A DNA stretch of 64,000 bases from Scyliorhinus canicula (taxonomy: Eukaryota): the NCBI RefSeq assembly GCF_902713615.1, contig NC_052151.1:26338429-26402428 (forward strand), given 5' to 3'. The translations under genes were made by a program, and so were the position numbers. Under the pieces are notes generated by a model, which was not told the DNA's origin, ran no database searches, and worked only from the letters and a program-made list of their open reading frames with translations. Within the stretch, counting starts at the first letter, position 1; each line of letters opens with the position of its first letter. Shown piece after piece: positions 50,891 to 64,000 of this stretch.

Positions 50891-52939
50891 ATAAGTGGCA
50901 AAAGTAGGGATTAATGGGCCCGTCCTGTAATCTGTCTCCATTTTCACATTCTCATATTGGAAATCATTTTCTGCAGTGGATTGCACCAATGTCGTCCCTT
51001 TGTCAAAGCCTGCTTCTGTGCAACCAACCACAACTAATGCAAAACTTTATGGCCCATACTCTGATCACCTCTGACCTCACCGAGCTGCATTGGCTCCCAG
51101 CATAAAATTATACAACAGCAGATTAGCATTTGTCCTTCACTTTGCCATTGCAGACCACTCCGTCAGCCACTGTGTCTGTATAATACCAATTAAAAATTAA
51201 AAATTAAAAATTATACTTTAAAAATGAAAATCAGTTAAAAGCACACTGGAACATCCTGAGGATGTGATAAAGCTGCCACATAAATATGAATCCTTTCTTC
51301 TAATTCCTCACCCTGTACAACCCTGCCCCTTAATACCTTACATCTTGTTGCATCTTGCAGAAGCCTCCTATGAACCTTTCTCTTTGGCTGTGCTGCTCCC
51401 TTCATCCACTTTTCTACTCATTTAGTGACCCTCTCCTTTAAAGCACTGAGGCACAATTGGGAGAAATGTTAAAGAAATATAACTTGCTGTGGTCACTGAT
51501 AAATGTAGATTTGACTCATTACTGTCAGATTGGGATCTCACTCATGTTTCATTGGCATTTCACAGGTCCGTCCTTGTGAGGATGGTGAGTGCAGCTGGAA
51601 GTGGCTACTGCTTCAATGCAAAAAGGAGCCGACTACGGGAAAAACTAATCCTGAGAAAACACGATCCTATAGGTAAATTGTAATGTGTCACTGGCAGATG
51701 GAGGGAAAATGCGTCACGAGTTGGTGTCTTATTTAGGCACACTTTACTGATGCCAAATGGCTCTTAACCATTCATTTCAAAATATAGCTCTCGCTATCCA
51801 TTCCTTATCTATCATATATTAAAAACGTTATGCCCATGCATCCTATCCTAGTTATACCTTAACCTCAATTCACCTGAATTCTACACATGGTCTTGACTTC
51901 CTATGTGAAACACCATGAGAAAATTATTGATACTGAAAATATTAATTCTGAATTGCTTGCTAACAAAATGGCCTAATACTATACAGAATGCGAAGCATCA
52001 TGTTAAATTTCCATTTTTGTCCTCTGTTGGCAATGGTCAGCATGACTCATTACAAGTCCGAAGCGGGCTGTTCAGCTAAGCAGTCCATGTTGTTTTTATT
52101 CTCCACAACGCACAAACAGCAATCCTAATCCTATCTACCTGCCCTGTATTTATTTTCCTTTATACTACTTTCCTTCAGCTACTTGCCTGTTTTCTTAAAT
52201 GTCAACATGGTTTTTGTTTCAATTATTCACCCTGGTAATGTATTCTACAACCTCATGACCATGTGTGTGTGCCGTAAAATTTCTTCTAGTAACTACAACA
52301 GTGCTGGCCTGAGAGAGTTTGAATCCCTCTTGTTGACATTCTCAGGCTGGTTCTCTAGAGCAGTGTGATACTCACTTCCCCTTCATCTGTGGCACTCAGG
52401 AGACTGGCTCTGGGCTTCCTTCCACCGTCTGTTAGTTTAGGCACAGCTTTCCCTGGGGGGGGGGGGGGGGGAGATCTGTTGTGCTGCTTGGCAAAGGAAC
52501 CAAAAAGCATTACAGATATCTGAGAATCTGTGATAAATGTCTGTGTGCATGTGTGACTCCTTACTGTGGATGATCTGGACCAAAGAGAAAGGGAAAGTAA
52601 AATCCGAACAAAAAACAGGGTATTGGATTCATTGATAACGGATCTTGAATTTCATTTTGGTAAATTGGTACTGGGCTATTTTTCCCCCGCTCCCTGCCAA
52701 ACCACTGTGATTAGAATCCAGTGTTAGATCAAGTAAATAAGGCCAGATAAAAATGATGTTCCCTGTACTGGTTGTGCAGGTCAGGTGGATTGATCATGCT
52801 AAAATTGCCCCTTAGTGTTCAAAGATGTGCACATTAGGTGGGGTTACGGGGATAGAGTGAAGGTGCTCTTTTGGAGAGTCGGTGCAGACTCGATGAGCCG
52901 AACGGCCTCCTTCTGCACTGCATGAATTCTCCGAATGTA

Positions 52940-53226
52940 CCACCAGCCTTACAAGGTCTCTGTGCATTCCAATTTTGGCCTCTTGCAAATCTCCATTTTA
53001 TTTTTAATCGCTTCACTATTTGCAGCCGACCTAAGACATTCCATCCCTAAACCTCTCCACTTCTCTCTTCCTTCAAAATTCTCCTTACAGCCTACCTCTT
53101 TAACCAAGTTTTTGTTACCTGTCCTATGATTTTCTAATGTGGCTTAGTCTCAAATTTTATTTGATGGTATTCCTGTGAAATGCTTTGGCATGTTTTCAAG
53201 GCACTATATAAATGCAAGTTTTGTTG
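52940..53226 (+). mobile_element. L2-like LINE 3' end
   Basis: CCCTAAACCTCTCC...CCTACCTCTTT...GGCACTATATAAATGCAAGTTTTGTTG terminus. Confidence 0.6.
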
Positions 53227-53671
53227 TAAACCCCAATCCCTGGAAGAACATTTTCCCACCCAGCACTTGAATAATATTGCAACTTCCTTTTCACATTGGC
53301 ATCTCTAATGATCTCGGTACGTGAGGCTGTCATGTTTAATGCTGTAAACGCTCACCCATTAAAAACAGAATCATTCAATACCATTGGCTCAGTCCTTTCC
53401 GATCAGGATCGGAAATCCTATACCTGATACAGATCAGACAAAGAAAATGCAGTTACCTTCCTCCCAATTTTTCTGAGTGATCGTCTAAGGGAGGATCCTT
53501 CACATTAAACTGAATAAAGCAAATTTTGTAGGTAGCAAGTGAGAGAATTGGTGGAGGAGCCATGCTCTTTTTGCACTAGCACTAGCTGCCGTATTCTGAT
53601 AATAAGGAGTTAAATAGTCCCAAAGCTTCTTTGAAAATAGCTATGGAGAGAAGGCAGGTTGGGCTGTAGAA

Positions 53672-53977
53672 CCATGGTAGCACAATGGTTAGCACTGTTG
53701 CTTCACAGCATCAGGGACCTGGGTTCGATTCCCTCTTGGGTCACTGTCTCTGCGGAGTCTGCACGTTCTTCCCGAATCTGCGTGGGATTCCTCCGGGTGC
53801 TCCGGTTTCCTCCCACAAGTCCCGAAAGATGTGCTGTTAGATGAATTGAACATTCTGAATTTTCCCTCCGTGTATCCGAACAGGCGCCGGAATGTGGTGA
53901 CTAGGGGCTTTTTACAGTAACTTCATTGCAGTATTAATGTAAGCTACTTGTGACACTAATAAAGATTATTATTATTA
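53672..53977 (+). mobile_element. V-domain SINE with alternative tail and (ATT)n end
   Basis: A/B boxes, V-domain, GAACAGGCGCCGGAATGTGG tail. Confidence 0.88.
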
Positions 53978-55805
53978 AGTGGATAATGGGGATAGGGTGG
54001 CTGAGAGGATAGGGTGGGGAAGGGGTTGGGTGGATAAGGTAAGTGGGTGAGAGGCTAGGGTGGTTGGTGGTTCATGGGTAGCTAGCAGGGTCAGGAGGGG
54101 TTGTCAGATAGGGGCCTCGTCAGGTCGAGTCACATCAGGTTGGGCTGGAGAGGCTTCAGGTTGGGGGTAGTCGGGGAGGTTCAGTGTGAGTGATTTGGGG
54201 TGGGTGGTCAGTTTTATAGTTATGCAGGAGTTAGATTAAGGTTTTTCTGTCGAACATTTCCTCTGTAACTATGCAGGTGAGCAAGTTGGAACCATCCAAA
54301 GTCTCTGACTCTAACTCAGATTTGGAACCTTTTTGTCATGTCCCAGGGAAACAGGGGACTTCCTCATTCGACGATAGTTCAAACTTTCCAGGCAATTCCC
54401 ACAGTCCTTGCGTTGGATCTTCCGAGGGGCCCATAGATCGTCTTTCAAGTCCAGTCTCTGACTATCTGGAGACTGGAAGATCTGGGTCATTGTGAAAGAG
54501 CCTTGTAGCCAAAGAATAAAGTACAGCTTTAAATAATTTCCGGTATAACAAACATTGTGGAGAAATTGTGATTTTAAAACTATATATTTGAAAACATATT
54601 ATTTGACTCCATGTGAAAATCTTATTGTTTTATTTTGACATTACAATTTTAGTCACATCACTATGACGATGAGGAGAGCAGTGGTCACGGAGAGTTTTCA
54701 GGTCAGGGGCTCACTGCCAGAGAACAGAACAGGCAACTATCTTTATCTGGCCTGGATGTTGAATATTTCTCTCATCTTACCCGAAAGAGTGGGTCCAGTA
54801 ACTGTTTTCTCAGTCCTGGATGTGATCCTCCAAATATTGGTTACCATGTCAAAGAAAAGCATTCTGATAATTTGTTGCTATGTGATCATATGATATTCTA
54901 ATCCTTCACTAAATATGTATCCACTCATGGAAACAATTGGACATCAGTTGGAGCAGGGCATTGGCTTGGGCGTGTTTCCTTTCTTAAAGAAAAAACCTCA
55001 TGCACTTACGTCATATGTTAGAGACTGTAAGTGATAGGTGCGGTTCCAAAATAAATTTGGGCATAAGAAGGGCTGACAAAACATTTGCACTCTGTGCAAT
55101 GCTACAAAGTCTCCTTTTACTTGTTAAAACATGAAAGACCCAAGGGCTTAGTGTTATTGTAAGTGTCATGTTATTGCAAAATGAACTTTTAGTGCACTTC
55201 CATGCTGAGCATTTGGCTTGTAGCAGTTCTGAAAAGCTTTATTTTCAGTGCTTGTAAACATTTTAACTTTCACTGCTGAAATTGCCAGCTTGCTCTAATT
55301 GTTTAACAGAGTTATTCACTTTGTTACACTTCAGTAATGACTTCAGTTGGTTACTGCTTTCTCACCTCCACCATTTAGAAAACAAACAGCATCAGTGTCT
55401 TAAAATAAGATTCTTTGAATACCAGTAAATGGAGACATTATCTGGTTACTTTCAATATACTACTGTTAAGACCACACACCAATTAAAATTGTACCAATGT
55501 GCCAAATTGTGCACAAGTACTGGAGCTTAATTTCAAGGGACAAGAGCTTCCTTCGCCAGTAGTGTACTGGCATTGCTATTAGCAAGATATGTCCTTTTTT
55601 ACCTTTAAAAAAAGTCTCCAGCTATTAGCTGGATGCAATAACCCTACTTATAACCCGTTTATGCTATAACCCGCTATGCAACAGCAGCACACATGATGAG
55701 TCCCTAACATCTGTGTGGTCAGATGGGTTCTTAGCAGCTTCTAACTTGCTATCAATTTTGTTTTAGTACCGCCGTATTGTAATCACACTTTTATTTCTCT
55801 TGCAG

Positions 55806-56075
55806 TGAACAAGCATGTCCTTTTCTTTGAAACGAAGAAAATCAGGTCAATCTGATAAGGGAGCTTAAATTGACTGACTTTGTACAAGGACAGTTTATAA
55901 ACTAAACAAGATTTCCTGAAAAAAGAATGAATGCCATGTGTGGCTTTGGGAAGACGCAAAAGGTGATGGTGACATTTCCAAAGGAGACGATAACGTGATA
56001 AGCAGGAACTATCACTTTTGCATTTTTATTTACATTTTGTTAGTTTTATTTTAAATCAATAAAATTAACTATGGA
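55806..56075 (+). other. Candidate terminal exon
   Basis: Strong acceptor CTTTTATTTCTCTTGCAG; AATAAA at 56058-56063; TE-poor context. Confidence 0.3.
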
Positions 56076-56135
56076 TATTACCATGCTGAATGTCCAATTT
56101 CTTCACCTTTTCCTGAAACGTGCAGCTTTTTCCTA

Positions 56136-56318
<183 letters not shown>

Positions 56319-56849
56319 TTAAAAAAATTACACATGCTTTAAGGTCTAATGGTAATTCATTTTGTAAGCTATGATATATTTTCTTATTGTCTTATGTCTG
56401 AGCTAAACTCTCAACTACTGCCAACTCCCCTCAATGACCGGCATGAAGTTCTGGCGCTCCCTCCCTACTCTTATCTTTGTTGAGAAATAGCCTGTCAGGT
56501 AAACGGGAGGTCTGTTAAGATCATGAACACGGCCACGTTACTCCCAACTGAAAGGTAAGCACCTCCTAGGATGGCAGTGAAGGAAGGCGGTACATTCTGA
56601 CCTGCTGTATCCTGCACAGATTCACTGAAACATGACATCCCGTGAAGCAAAATTGCCCGTGACGTCCTCGCTGGCAGATTGTCACTCCATAGCACTTTGT
56701 GTTCGCTGGAATTTAGACTGGGGGGTGGTGTTGGAGGAGGTGTCCCATGCAGTGCTCGGTCTGGGTGTTTATAATAGTTACCATATAGTTAATTGTTACC
56801 ATATAGTTAATTGTAACTTATCTAATAACGATTTAAGTATTTATTTTAA

Positions 56850-59800
56850 ATTAATTAACTCGTGCTTAAATGTCACCCAGCGGGGTGCAGTGCTCTAACT
56901 GTGAGATGTGGGAGATCCGTGACGCTTCCAGCATTCCGGTCAATTACATCTGCAGGAAGTGTAACCAATGGCAGCTCCTCACAGACCATGTGGTTCGGTT
57001 GGAGCAGCAGTTGGATGCACTTAGCTGCATGCAGGTGGCGGAAAGCGTCAGAGATAGGAGTTATAGAGACGTAATCACAAACAAGGTGCAGGCAGACAGA
57101 TGGGTGACCGCTAGAAAGGGCAGGCAGTCAGTGCAGGAATCCCCTGTGGTTGTCCCCCTCTCTAACAAGTATACCATTTTAGATACTGTTGGGGGGGATA
57201 ATAGCCTTTCAGGGGAAAGCAACAGCAACCAGAACAGTGACACCACAACTGGCTCTGTTGCTCAGCAGGGGAGGGCAAAGTGCAGGAGAGAGATTGTTAT
57301 AGGGGACTCTATAGTAACGGGCATAGATAGGCGCTTCTGTGGACATGAAAGAGACTCCAGGATGGTATTTGCCTCCCTGGTGCCAGGGTCACACACACAA
57401 TTTACAGTGCAGAAGGAGGCCATTCGGCCCATCGAGTCTGCACCGGCTCATGGAAAAAGCACCCTACCCAAGGTCAACACCTCTACCCTATCCCCATAAC
57501 CCAGTAACCCCACCCAACACTAAGGGCAATTTACCATGGCCAATCCACCTAACCTGCACATCTTTGGACTGTGGGGGGAAACTGGAGCACCCGGAGGAAA
57601 CCCATGCACACACAGGGAGGATGTGCAGTCTCCGCACCGACAGTGACCCAAGCCGGGAATCGAACCTGGGACCCTGGAGCTATCCACAATGCTACCGTGC
57701 TGCCCAGGTCAAGGACTATGTAATATCTATGTCTATGAACGATCACAGGACATCCTGAAGTGGGAGGGTAAACCGGCAGAGGTCGTAGTTCACATAGGTA
57801 CTAACGACATAGGCAGGAAGAGTGATGAGGTCCTGCAGAAGGTGTTCATGGTTAGGCAGTAAGCTAAAAAGCAGGACCTCGAGGGTTGTGATCTCAGGAT
57901 TACTCCCTGTTCCACTTGGCAGTGAGGCTAGAAATAAGAGGATAGTGCAGCTAAATTGGTGGTGTAGGAAGGAGGGTTTCAGATTTCTGGACCACTGGGA
58001 TCTCTTCCAGGGCAGGTGTGATGTACAAGAAAGACGGGTTGTATCTAAACTGGAGGGGCACCGATATCTTGGCTGGGAGATTTGCTAGAGTCACTCGGGA
58101 GGATTTAAACTAGTATGCCGGGGGAGCGGTGTGAACCAGAGCGTTAGCTTAGAAGGTGTAATAACTGAAGGGGAATTAGAGAACAAATCTAAGAGAACAA
58201 CATTACCCTGTCTGCTTAAATGCAGTGGTTTGAAGTATATTTGTTTCAACGCCAGAAGTATAGCAAGTAAGACAAATGAACTTTGAGCACTCGGTAGTTC
58301 TTGGAATTATGATGTTGTGGTTATTACAGAAATGTGTTTAAAGGAAGGGTTGGCAGCTGAATGTTGGAGGATATGAAATGAAAATTGCTTATTGTCACGA
58401 GTAGGCTTCAAATGAAGTTACTGTGAAAAGCCCCTAGTCGTCAAATTCCGGCACCTGTTCGGGAGGCTGTTATGGGAATCGAACCGTGCTGCTGGCTTGG
58501 TCTGCTTTCAAAGCCAGCGATTTACCCAGTGAACTAAACAGCCCCTGGTCTACCACCCTTTCAGACATTAAGATAGATAGGTCTCCTGGGCCGATGGGTA
58601 CTGAGGGCAAGGGAGGAAATTGTTGGGGCCCTGAGGACTGGAGAATAGCTAATGTAGTACCGCTTTTTAATGAAAGGTAGCAGGGATAATCCAGGAAACT
58701 ATAGGCCGGTGAGCCTCACGTTGGTAAATTATTGGAGAGAATTCTCAGGGACAGGATTCATGCCCATTTGGAAACAAATCGACCCTTTAACAAAAGACAG
58801 CATGGTTTTGTGAAGGGGAGGTCGTGCCTCACTAACGTGATTGAGTTTTTTGAGGAGATGACAAAGATCATAGAATTTACAGTGCAGAAGGAGGCCATTC
58901 GGCCCATCGAGTCTGCACCGGATCCTGGAAAGAGCACCCTACCCAAGGTCAACACCTCCACCCTATCCCCATAACCCAGTAACCCCACCCAACACTAAGG
59001 GCAATTTTGGACACCAAGGGCAATTTATCATGGCCAATCCGCCTAACCTGCACATCTTTAGACTGTGGGAGGAAACCGGAGCACCCGGAGGAAACCCACG
59101 CACACACGGGAAGGATGTGCAGACTCCGCACAGACAGTGACCCAAGCCGGAATTGAACCTGTGACCCTGGAGCTGTGAAGCAATTGTGCTATCCACAATG
59201 CTACCGTGCTGCCTCAAGATTATTGAGGGAGGGCGGTGAATGTTTACATGGGCTTCAGTAAAGCCTTTGACAAGGACTGGTACAAAAGGTGAAGTCACAT
59301 GGGATTAGAGGTGAGGTGGTAAGATGGATACAGAACTGCCTCAGTTACAGAAGGCAAAAGGTAGCAGTAGAAGGGTGTTTTTCTGAATGGAAGGTTGTGA
59401 CTAGTGGTATTCTACAGTGATCTGTGCTGGGGCCTCTTGTTTGTAGTATACATAAACGATTTGTAGGAAAATGTAGCCGGTCTGATTAGTAAGTTTGCGC
59501 ATGACACTAAGGTGGTGGAGTGGCAGATAGTGTTGAGGATTGTCAGGATACAGCAGGACATAGATAGGATGGAGACTTGGGCAGCGAAATGGCAAATGGA
59601 ATTTAATCCAGACAAATATGACATAATGCATTTTGGTAGGTCTAACATAGAGGGGAAATATACTGTAAATGGCAAAGCTCTCAGGAATATAGAAAGAGCG
59701 ATCTGGACGTGCAGGTTCACAGATCTTTGAAAGTGGCAACACAAGTGGACAAGGTAGTCAAGAAAGCAGACGGAATGCTTGCCTTTATTGGACGGGACAT

Positions 59801-60860
59801 CGAGCATAAAAACTGGCAGGTCATGCTGCAGTTGTATAGAACCTTGGTAAGGCTGCACTTGGAATATTGCGCACAGTTCTGGTCGCCACACTACCAGAAG
59901 GATGTGGAGGCTTTGGAGAGGGTGCAGACGAGGTTTACCAGGATGTTGCCTGGTCTGGACGGTGTTAGCTATGCGGAGAGGCTAAATAGACTCGGACTGT
60001 TTTCATTAGAACGATGGAGGTTGAGGGGTGACCTGCTAGAGGTTTTCAAGACTATAGAGTGGATGGGAGGCACTCTTTCCCAGGGTGGAGGGGTCAGTCA
60101 CCATGGTGCATAGGTTTAAGATCTGTGGGGCAAAGTTTAGAGGAGATGTGTGAGGAAGGATTTTTAAACAGAGGGTGGCGAGTGCCTGGAACGTGTTGCC
60201 TGGGGACGTTGTGGAAGCAGATGCATTAACTGCGTTCAAAACGTATCTTGACAAATACATGGATAGGATGGGTATAGAGCAGGGTTGGGCAAACTTTTCT
60301 GTGCAAGGGCCACATTCAGAAATTCACAATTTTAAAGGGCCGCATAGTATATTAATTAATAGTCCCGATTGTAACCAATTAGCGTGCGGCATATACCTCA
60401 GCGCTTCCCCCGGCAGCATCCTGCCTTTAGCCCTCTTTTTCTCTACTTTTCAAAAATGGCGCTTCACCCGGTTATGATTCTGGGCGCCTCATATAGAACA
60501 TAGAACAGTACAGCACAGAACAGGCCCTTCGGCCCTCGATGTTGTGCCGAGTAATGATCACCCTACTCAAGTCAACGTATCCACCCTATACCAGTAACCC
60601 AACAGCCCCCCCCCCCCCCCCCCCCCCCCCAATTAACCTTATTTAAAAAAATGTTTTTTTTTATGACTTGATCTTGGTGGGCCGCATAAAGACCTTTGGC
60701 GGGCCGCATGCGACCCGCGGGCCGTAGTTTGCCCACCCCTGGTATAGAGGGATACGGCAGTAGGAAGTGCTGAGGGTTTTGGCCAAGGGTGGTATCATGA
60801 CCGGTACTGGCTTGGAGGGCCGAAAGGCCTGTTGATGTGCTGTATTGTCCTTTGTTCTTC
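56850..60860 (+). mobile_element. CR1 LINE with ORF1 (zinc finger and esterase), internally deleted ORF2 and 3' end; nested SINEs at ~57395-57705 (-), ~58375-58545 (-), ~58868-59212 (-)
   Basis: VQCSNCEMW...YICRKC, IVIGDSIV, QHGFVKGRSCLTN, WQMEFNPDK, LEYCAQFWSPHY. Confidence 0.9.
60280..60741. mobile_element. Non-autonomous hAT-type transposon with 8-bp TSD; contains a V-SINE 3' fragment (~60493-60645, -)
   Basis: TIR CAGGGTTGGGCAAACT / AGTTTGCCCACCCCTG (15/16); GTATAGAG at 60272-60279 and 60742-60749. Confidence 0.92.
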
Positions 60861-61396
60861 CCCTGAAGTTAGAAGTGCTTTTTTTCTTCTAACTCTTACA
60901 GAGGAATTATGAGGGTAAAACTGGCAGAACCATCTGAAGTTAGTGCAATTTACATTGCTTTGCCAGATGATTCCCACCCAGGAGCAGGTTTCAAGGGGAA
61001 GTTGCCGTTTCTGGATAATTGCCGCTTAAACCCTTATGAGATAACTTCCAAGAGGGATTCCCCATTGCATTATTAGGCCTCCCCCCCCCCCCCCCCCCCC
61101 AAATGTGACGCTGGGGAGCCTAGAAATTATGGCCCTGTTATAACCCGACATGGGACTCAACCAGCTGGTGATGATTGTTCCCTAGTGCTGATTGGGTTAT
61201 GCGTTAACCAGCATTAGTATAACAGGTCAGCTGCTGTAGCAGCTGACAGGAAGGAGTGTGTAACCGGGTCCTGTGTAAATACGGCTGAATAAATGTCTTT
61301 CTTCGGAACTCCTTGGACTCCCCTTTGCTGTTTACTTCAGGCCCATTGTATATTTTTTATAAGTCTGGCAGATTTGGAATATGACCATAGGTAAGG

Positions 61397-62577
61397 TACA
61401 CGTAAGGCAGATGAATTTAGGGCTTGGATTAGTACCTGGGAATATGATGTTATTGGTATTACTGAGACTTGGTTGAGGGAAGGGCAAGATTGGCAACTAA
61501 ATATCCCAGGGTATAGATGGCATTGAGGTGCGTAGGGAAGAAGTGTTGGCAATTCTGGACAAGGTGAAAATAGATAAGTCCCCGGGGCCTGATGGGATTT
61601 ATCCTAGGATTCTCTGGGAAGCCAGGGAAGAGATTGCTGAGCCTTTGGCTTTGATTTTTATGTCATCATTGGCTACAGGAATAGTGCCAGAGGACTGGAG
61701 GGTAGCAAATGTGGTTCCTTTGTTCAAGAAGGGGATTAGAGATAACCCCGGTAACTATAGGCCGGTGAGCCTCACGTCTGTTGTGGGTAAAGTCTTGGAG
61801 AGGATTATAAGAGATACGATTTATAATCATCTAGCTAGGAATAATATGATTAGGGATAGTCAGCATGGTTTTGTGAAGGGTAGGTCATGCCTCACAAACC
61901 TTATTGAGTTCTTTGAGAAGGTGACTGAACAGGTTGACGAGGGTAGAGCAGTTGATGTGGTGTATATGGATTTCAGTAAAGCGTTTGATAAGGTTCCCCA
62001 CGGTCGTCTATTGCAGAAAATATGGAGGCTGGGGATTGAGGGTGATTTAGAGATGTGGATCAGAAATTGGCTAGTTGAAAGAAGACAGAGAGTGGTAGTT
62101 GATGGGAAATGTTCAGAATGGAGTTCAGTTACGAGTGGCGTACCACAAGGATCTGTTCTGGGGCCGTTGCTGTTTGTCATTTTTATAAATGACCTAGAGG
62201 AGGGCACAGAAGGTTGGGTGAGTAAATTTGCAGAAGGCACTAAAGTTGATGGAGTTGTAGACAGTGTGGAAGGATGTTGCAGGTTACAGAGGGACATAGA
62301 TAAGCTGCAGAGCTGGGCTGAGAGGTGGCAAATGGAGTTTAATGTAGAGAAGTGTGAGGTGATTCACTTTGGAAAGAATAACAGGAATGCGGAATATTTG
62401 GCTAATGGTAAAATTCTTAGCAGTGTGGATGAGCTGAGGGATCTTGGTGTCCATGTACATAGATCCCTGAAAGTTGCCACCCAGGTTGATAGGGTTGCGA
62501 AGAAGGCCTATGGTGTGTTGGCCTTTATTGGTAGAGGGATTGAGTTCCGGAGCCATGCGGTCATGTTGCAGCTGTAA
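61397..62577 (+). mobile_element. CR1 fragment: endonuclease start joined to an uninterrupted RT segment (catalytic FADD changed to FAEG)
   Basis: DVIGITETWL...NIPGYR, then 349-aa ORF with KSPGPDG, DFSKAFDKV, GVPQGSVLGP. Confidence 0.92.
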
Positions 62578-64000
62578 TGACAGGACTGGTTGTTGCAGGT
62601 TCCGGGGTTTAGGTGTTTTAGTAAGTTCAGAGAAGGGGGCAAAAGAGGGGGAGGTGTGGCGCTGCTAGTCAAGGACAGTATTACGGTGGCGGAAAGGATG
62701 CTAGATGGGGACTCTTCTTCTGAGGTAGTATGGGCTGAGGTTAGAAACAGGAAAGGAGAGGTCACCCTGTTGGGAGTTTTCTATAGGCCACCTAATAGTT
62801 CTAGGGATGTAGAGGAAAGGATGGCGAAGATGATTCTGGAAAAGAGCGAAAGTAACAGGGTAGTTGTTATGGGAGACTTTAACTTTCCAAATATTGACTG
62901 GAAAAGATATAGTTCGAGTACATTAGATGGGTCATTCTTTGTACAATGTGTGCAGGAGGGTTTCCTGACACAATATGTTGACAGGCCAACAAGAGGCGAG
63001 GCCACATTGGATTTGGTTTTGGGTAATGAACCAGGCCAGGTGTTAGATCTGGAGGTAGGTGAGCACTTTGGAAACAGTGACCACAATTCGGTGACCTTTA
63101 CGTTAGTGATGGAAAGGGATAAGTATACCCCGCAGGGCAAGAGTTATAGCTGGGGGAAGGGCAATTATGATGCCATTAGACATGACTTAGGATGTGTTGG
63201 TTGGAGAAGTAGGCTGCAAGGGTTGGGCACACTGGATATGTGGAGTTTGTTCAAGGAACAGCTATTGCATGTTCTTGATAAGTACGTACCAGTCAGGCAG
63301 GGAGGAAGGGGTCGAGCGAGGGAACCGTGGTTTACCAAAGAAGTGGAATCTCTTGTTAAGAGGAAGAAGGAGGCCTATGTAAAGATGAGGCGTGAAGTTT
63401 CAGTTGGGGCGCTTGATATTTACAAGGAAGCGAGGAAGGATCTAAAGAGAGAGCTGAGACGAGCAAGGAGGGGACATGAGAAGTCTTTGGCAGGTAGGAT
63501 CAAGGAAAACCCAAAAGCTTTCTATAGGTATGTCAGGAATAAAAGAATGACTAGGGTAAGAGTAGGGCCAGTCAAGGACAGTGGTGGGAAGTTGTGTGTG
63601 GAGGCTGAGGAGATAAGCGAGATACTAAATGAATACTTTTCGTCAGTATTCACTCAAGAAAAAGATAATATTGTGGAGGAGAATGCTGAGACCCAGGCTA
63701 ATAGAATAGATGGCATTGAGGTGCGTAGGGAAGAAGTGTTGGCAATTCTGGACAAGGTGAAAATAGATAAGTCCCCGGGGCCGGATGGGATTTATCCTAG
63801 GATTCTCTGGGAAGCCAGGGAAGAGATTGCTGAGCCTTTGGCTTTGATTTTTAGGTCATCATTGGCTACAGGAATAGTGCCAGAGGACTGGAGGATAGCA
63901 AATGTGGTCCCTTTGTTCAAGAAGGGGAGTAGAGATAACCCCGGTAACTATAGGCCGGTGAGCCTAACGTCTGTGGTGGGTAAAGTCTTGGAGAGGATTA
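62578..64000 (+). mobile_element. Young 5'-truncated CR1 ORF2; frame open from 62581 to the window edge
   Basis: RGGGVA, YRPPNS, GDFNFPNIDW, LDLVL, SDHN, KSPGPDG, NYRPVSLTS with no stop codons. Confidence 0.93.

Overview
This is repeat-dense vertebrate genomic DNA. The repeat complement (HE1/V-domain SINEs, Deu-domain SINE, abundant CR1, Tx1/L1, Penelope, GC-rich Harbinger-like elements) points to a cartilaginous fish, probably a catshark-like species; that assignment is inference. I recognise no intact host protein-coding gene. The window is a mosaic of nested retroelements, DNA transposons and six minisatellite arrays. The most notable items are: (1) an intronless NAP1L1 core fused in frame behind a Gypsy gag-protease, which looks like host-gene capture by an LTR retrotransposon; (2) a Penelope-like element with inverted termini, each carrying a minimal hammerhead ribozyme fold, plus further hammerhead remnants in short non-autonomous repeats; (3) a Harbinger-like transposon with a nested Tx1/L1; (4) a CpG/ETS promoter-like site at ~20.5 kb with a few candidate + strand exons of an unidentified, possibly non-coding transcript. 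Family names come from motif recognition, not database searches. Boundaries without target-site duplication (TSD) or terminal inverted repeat (TIR) support are approximate.
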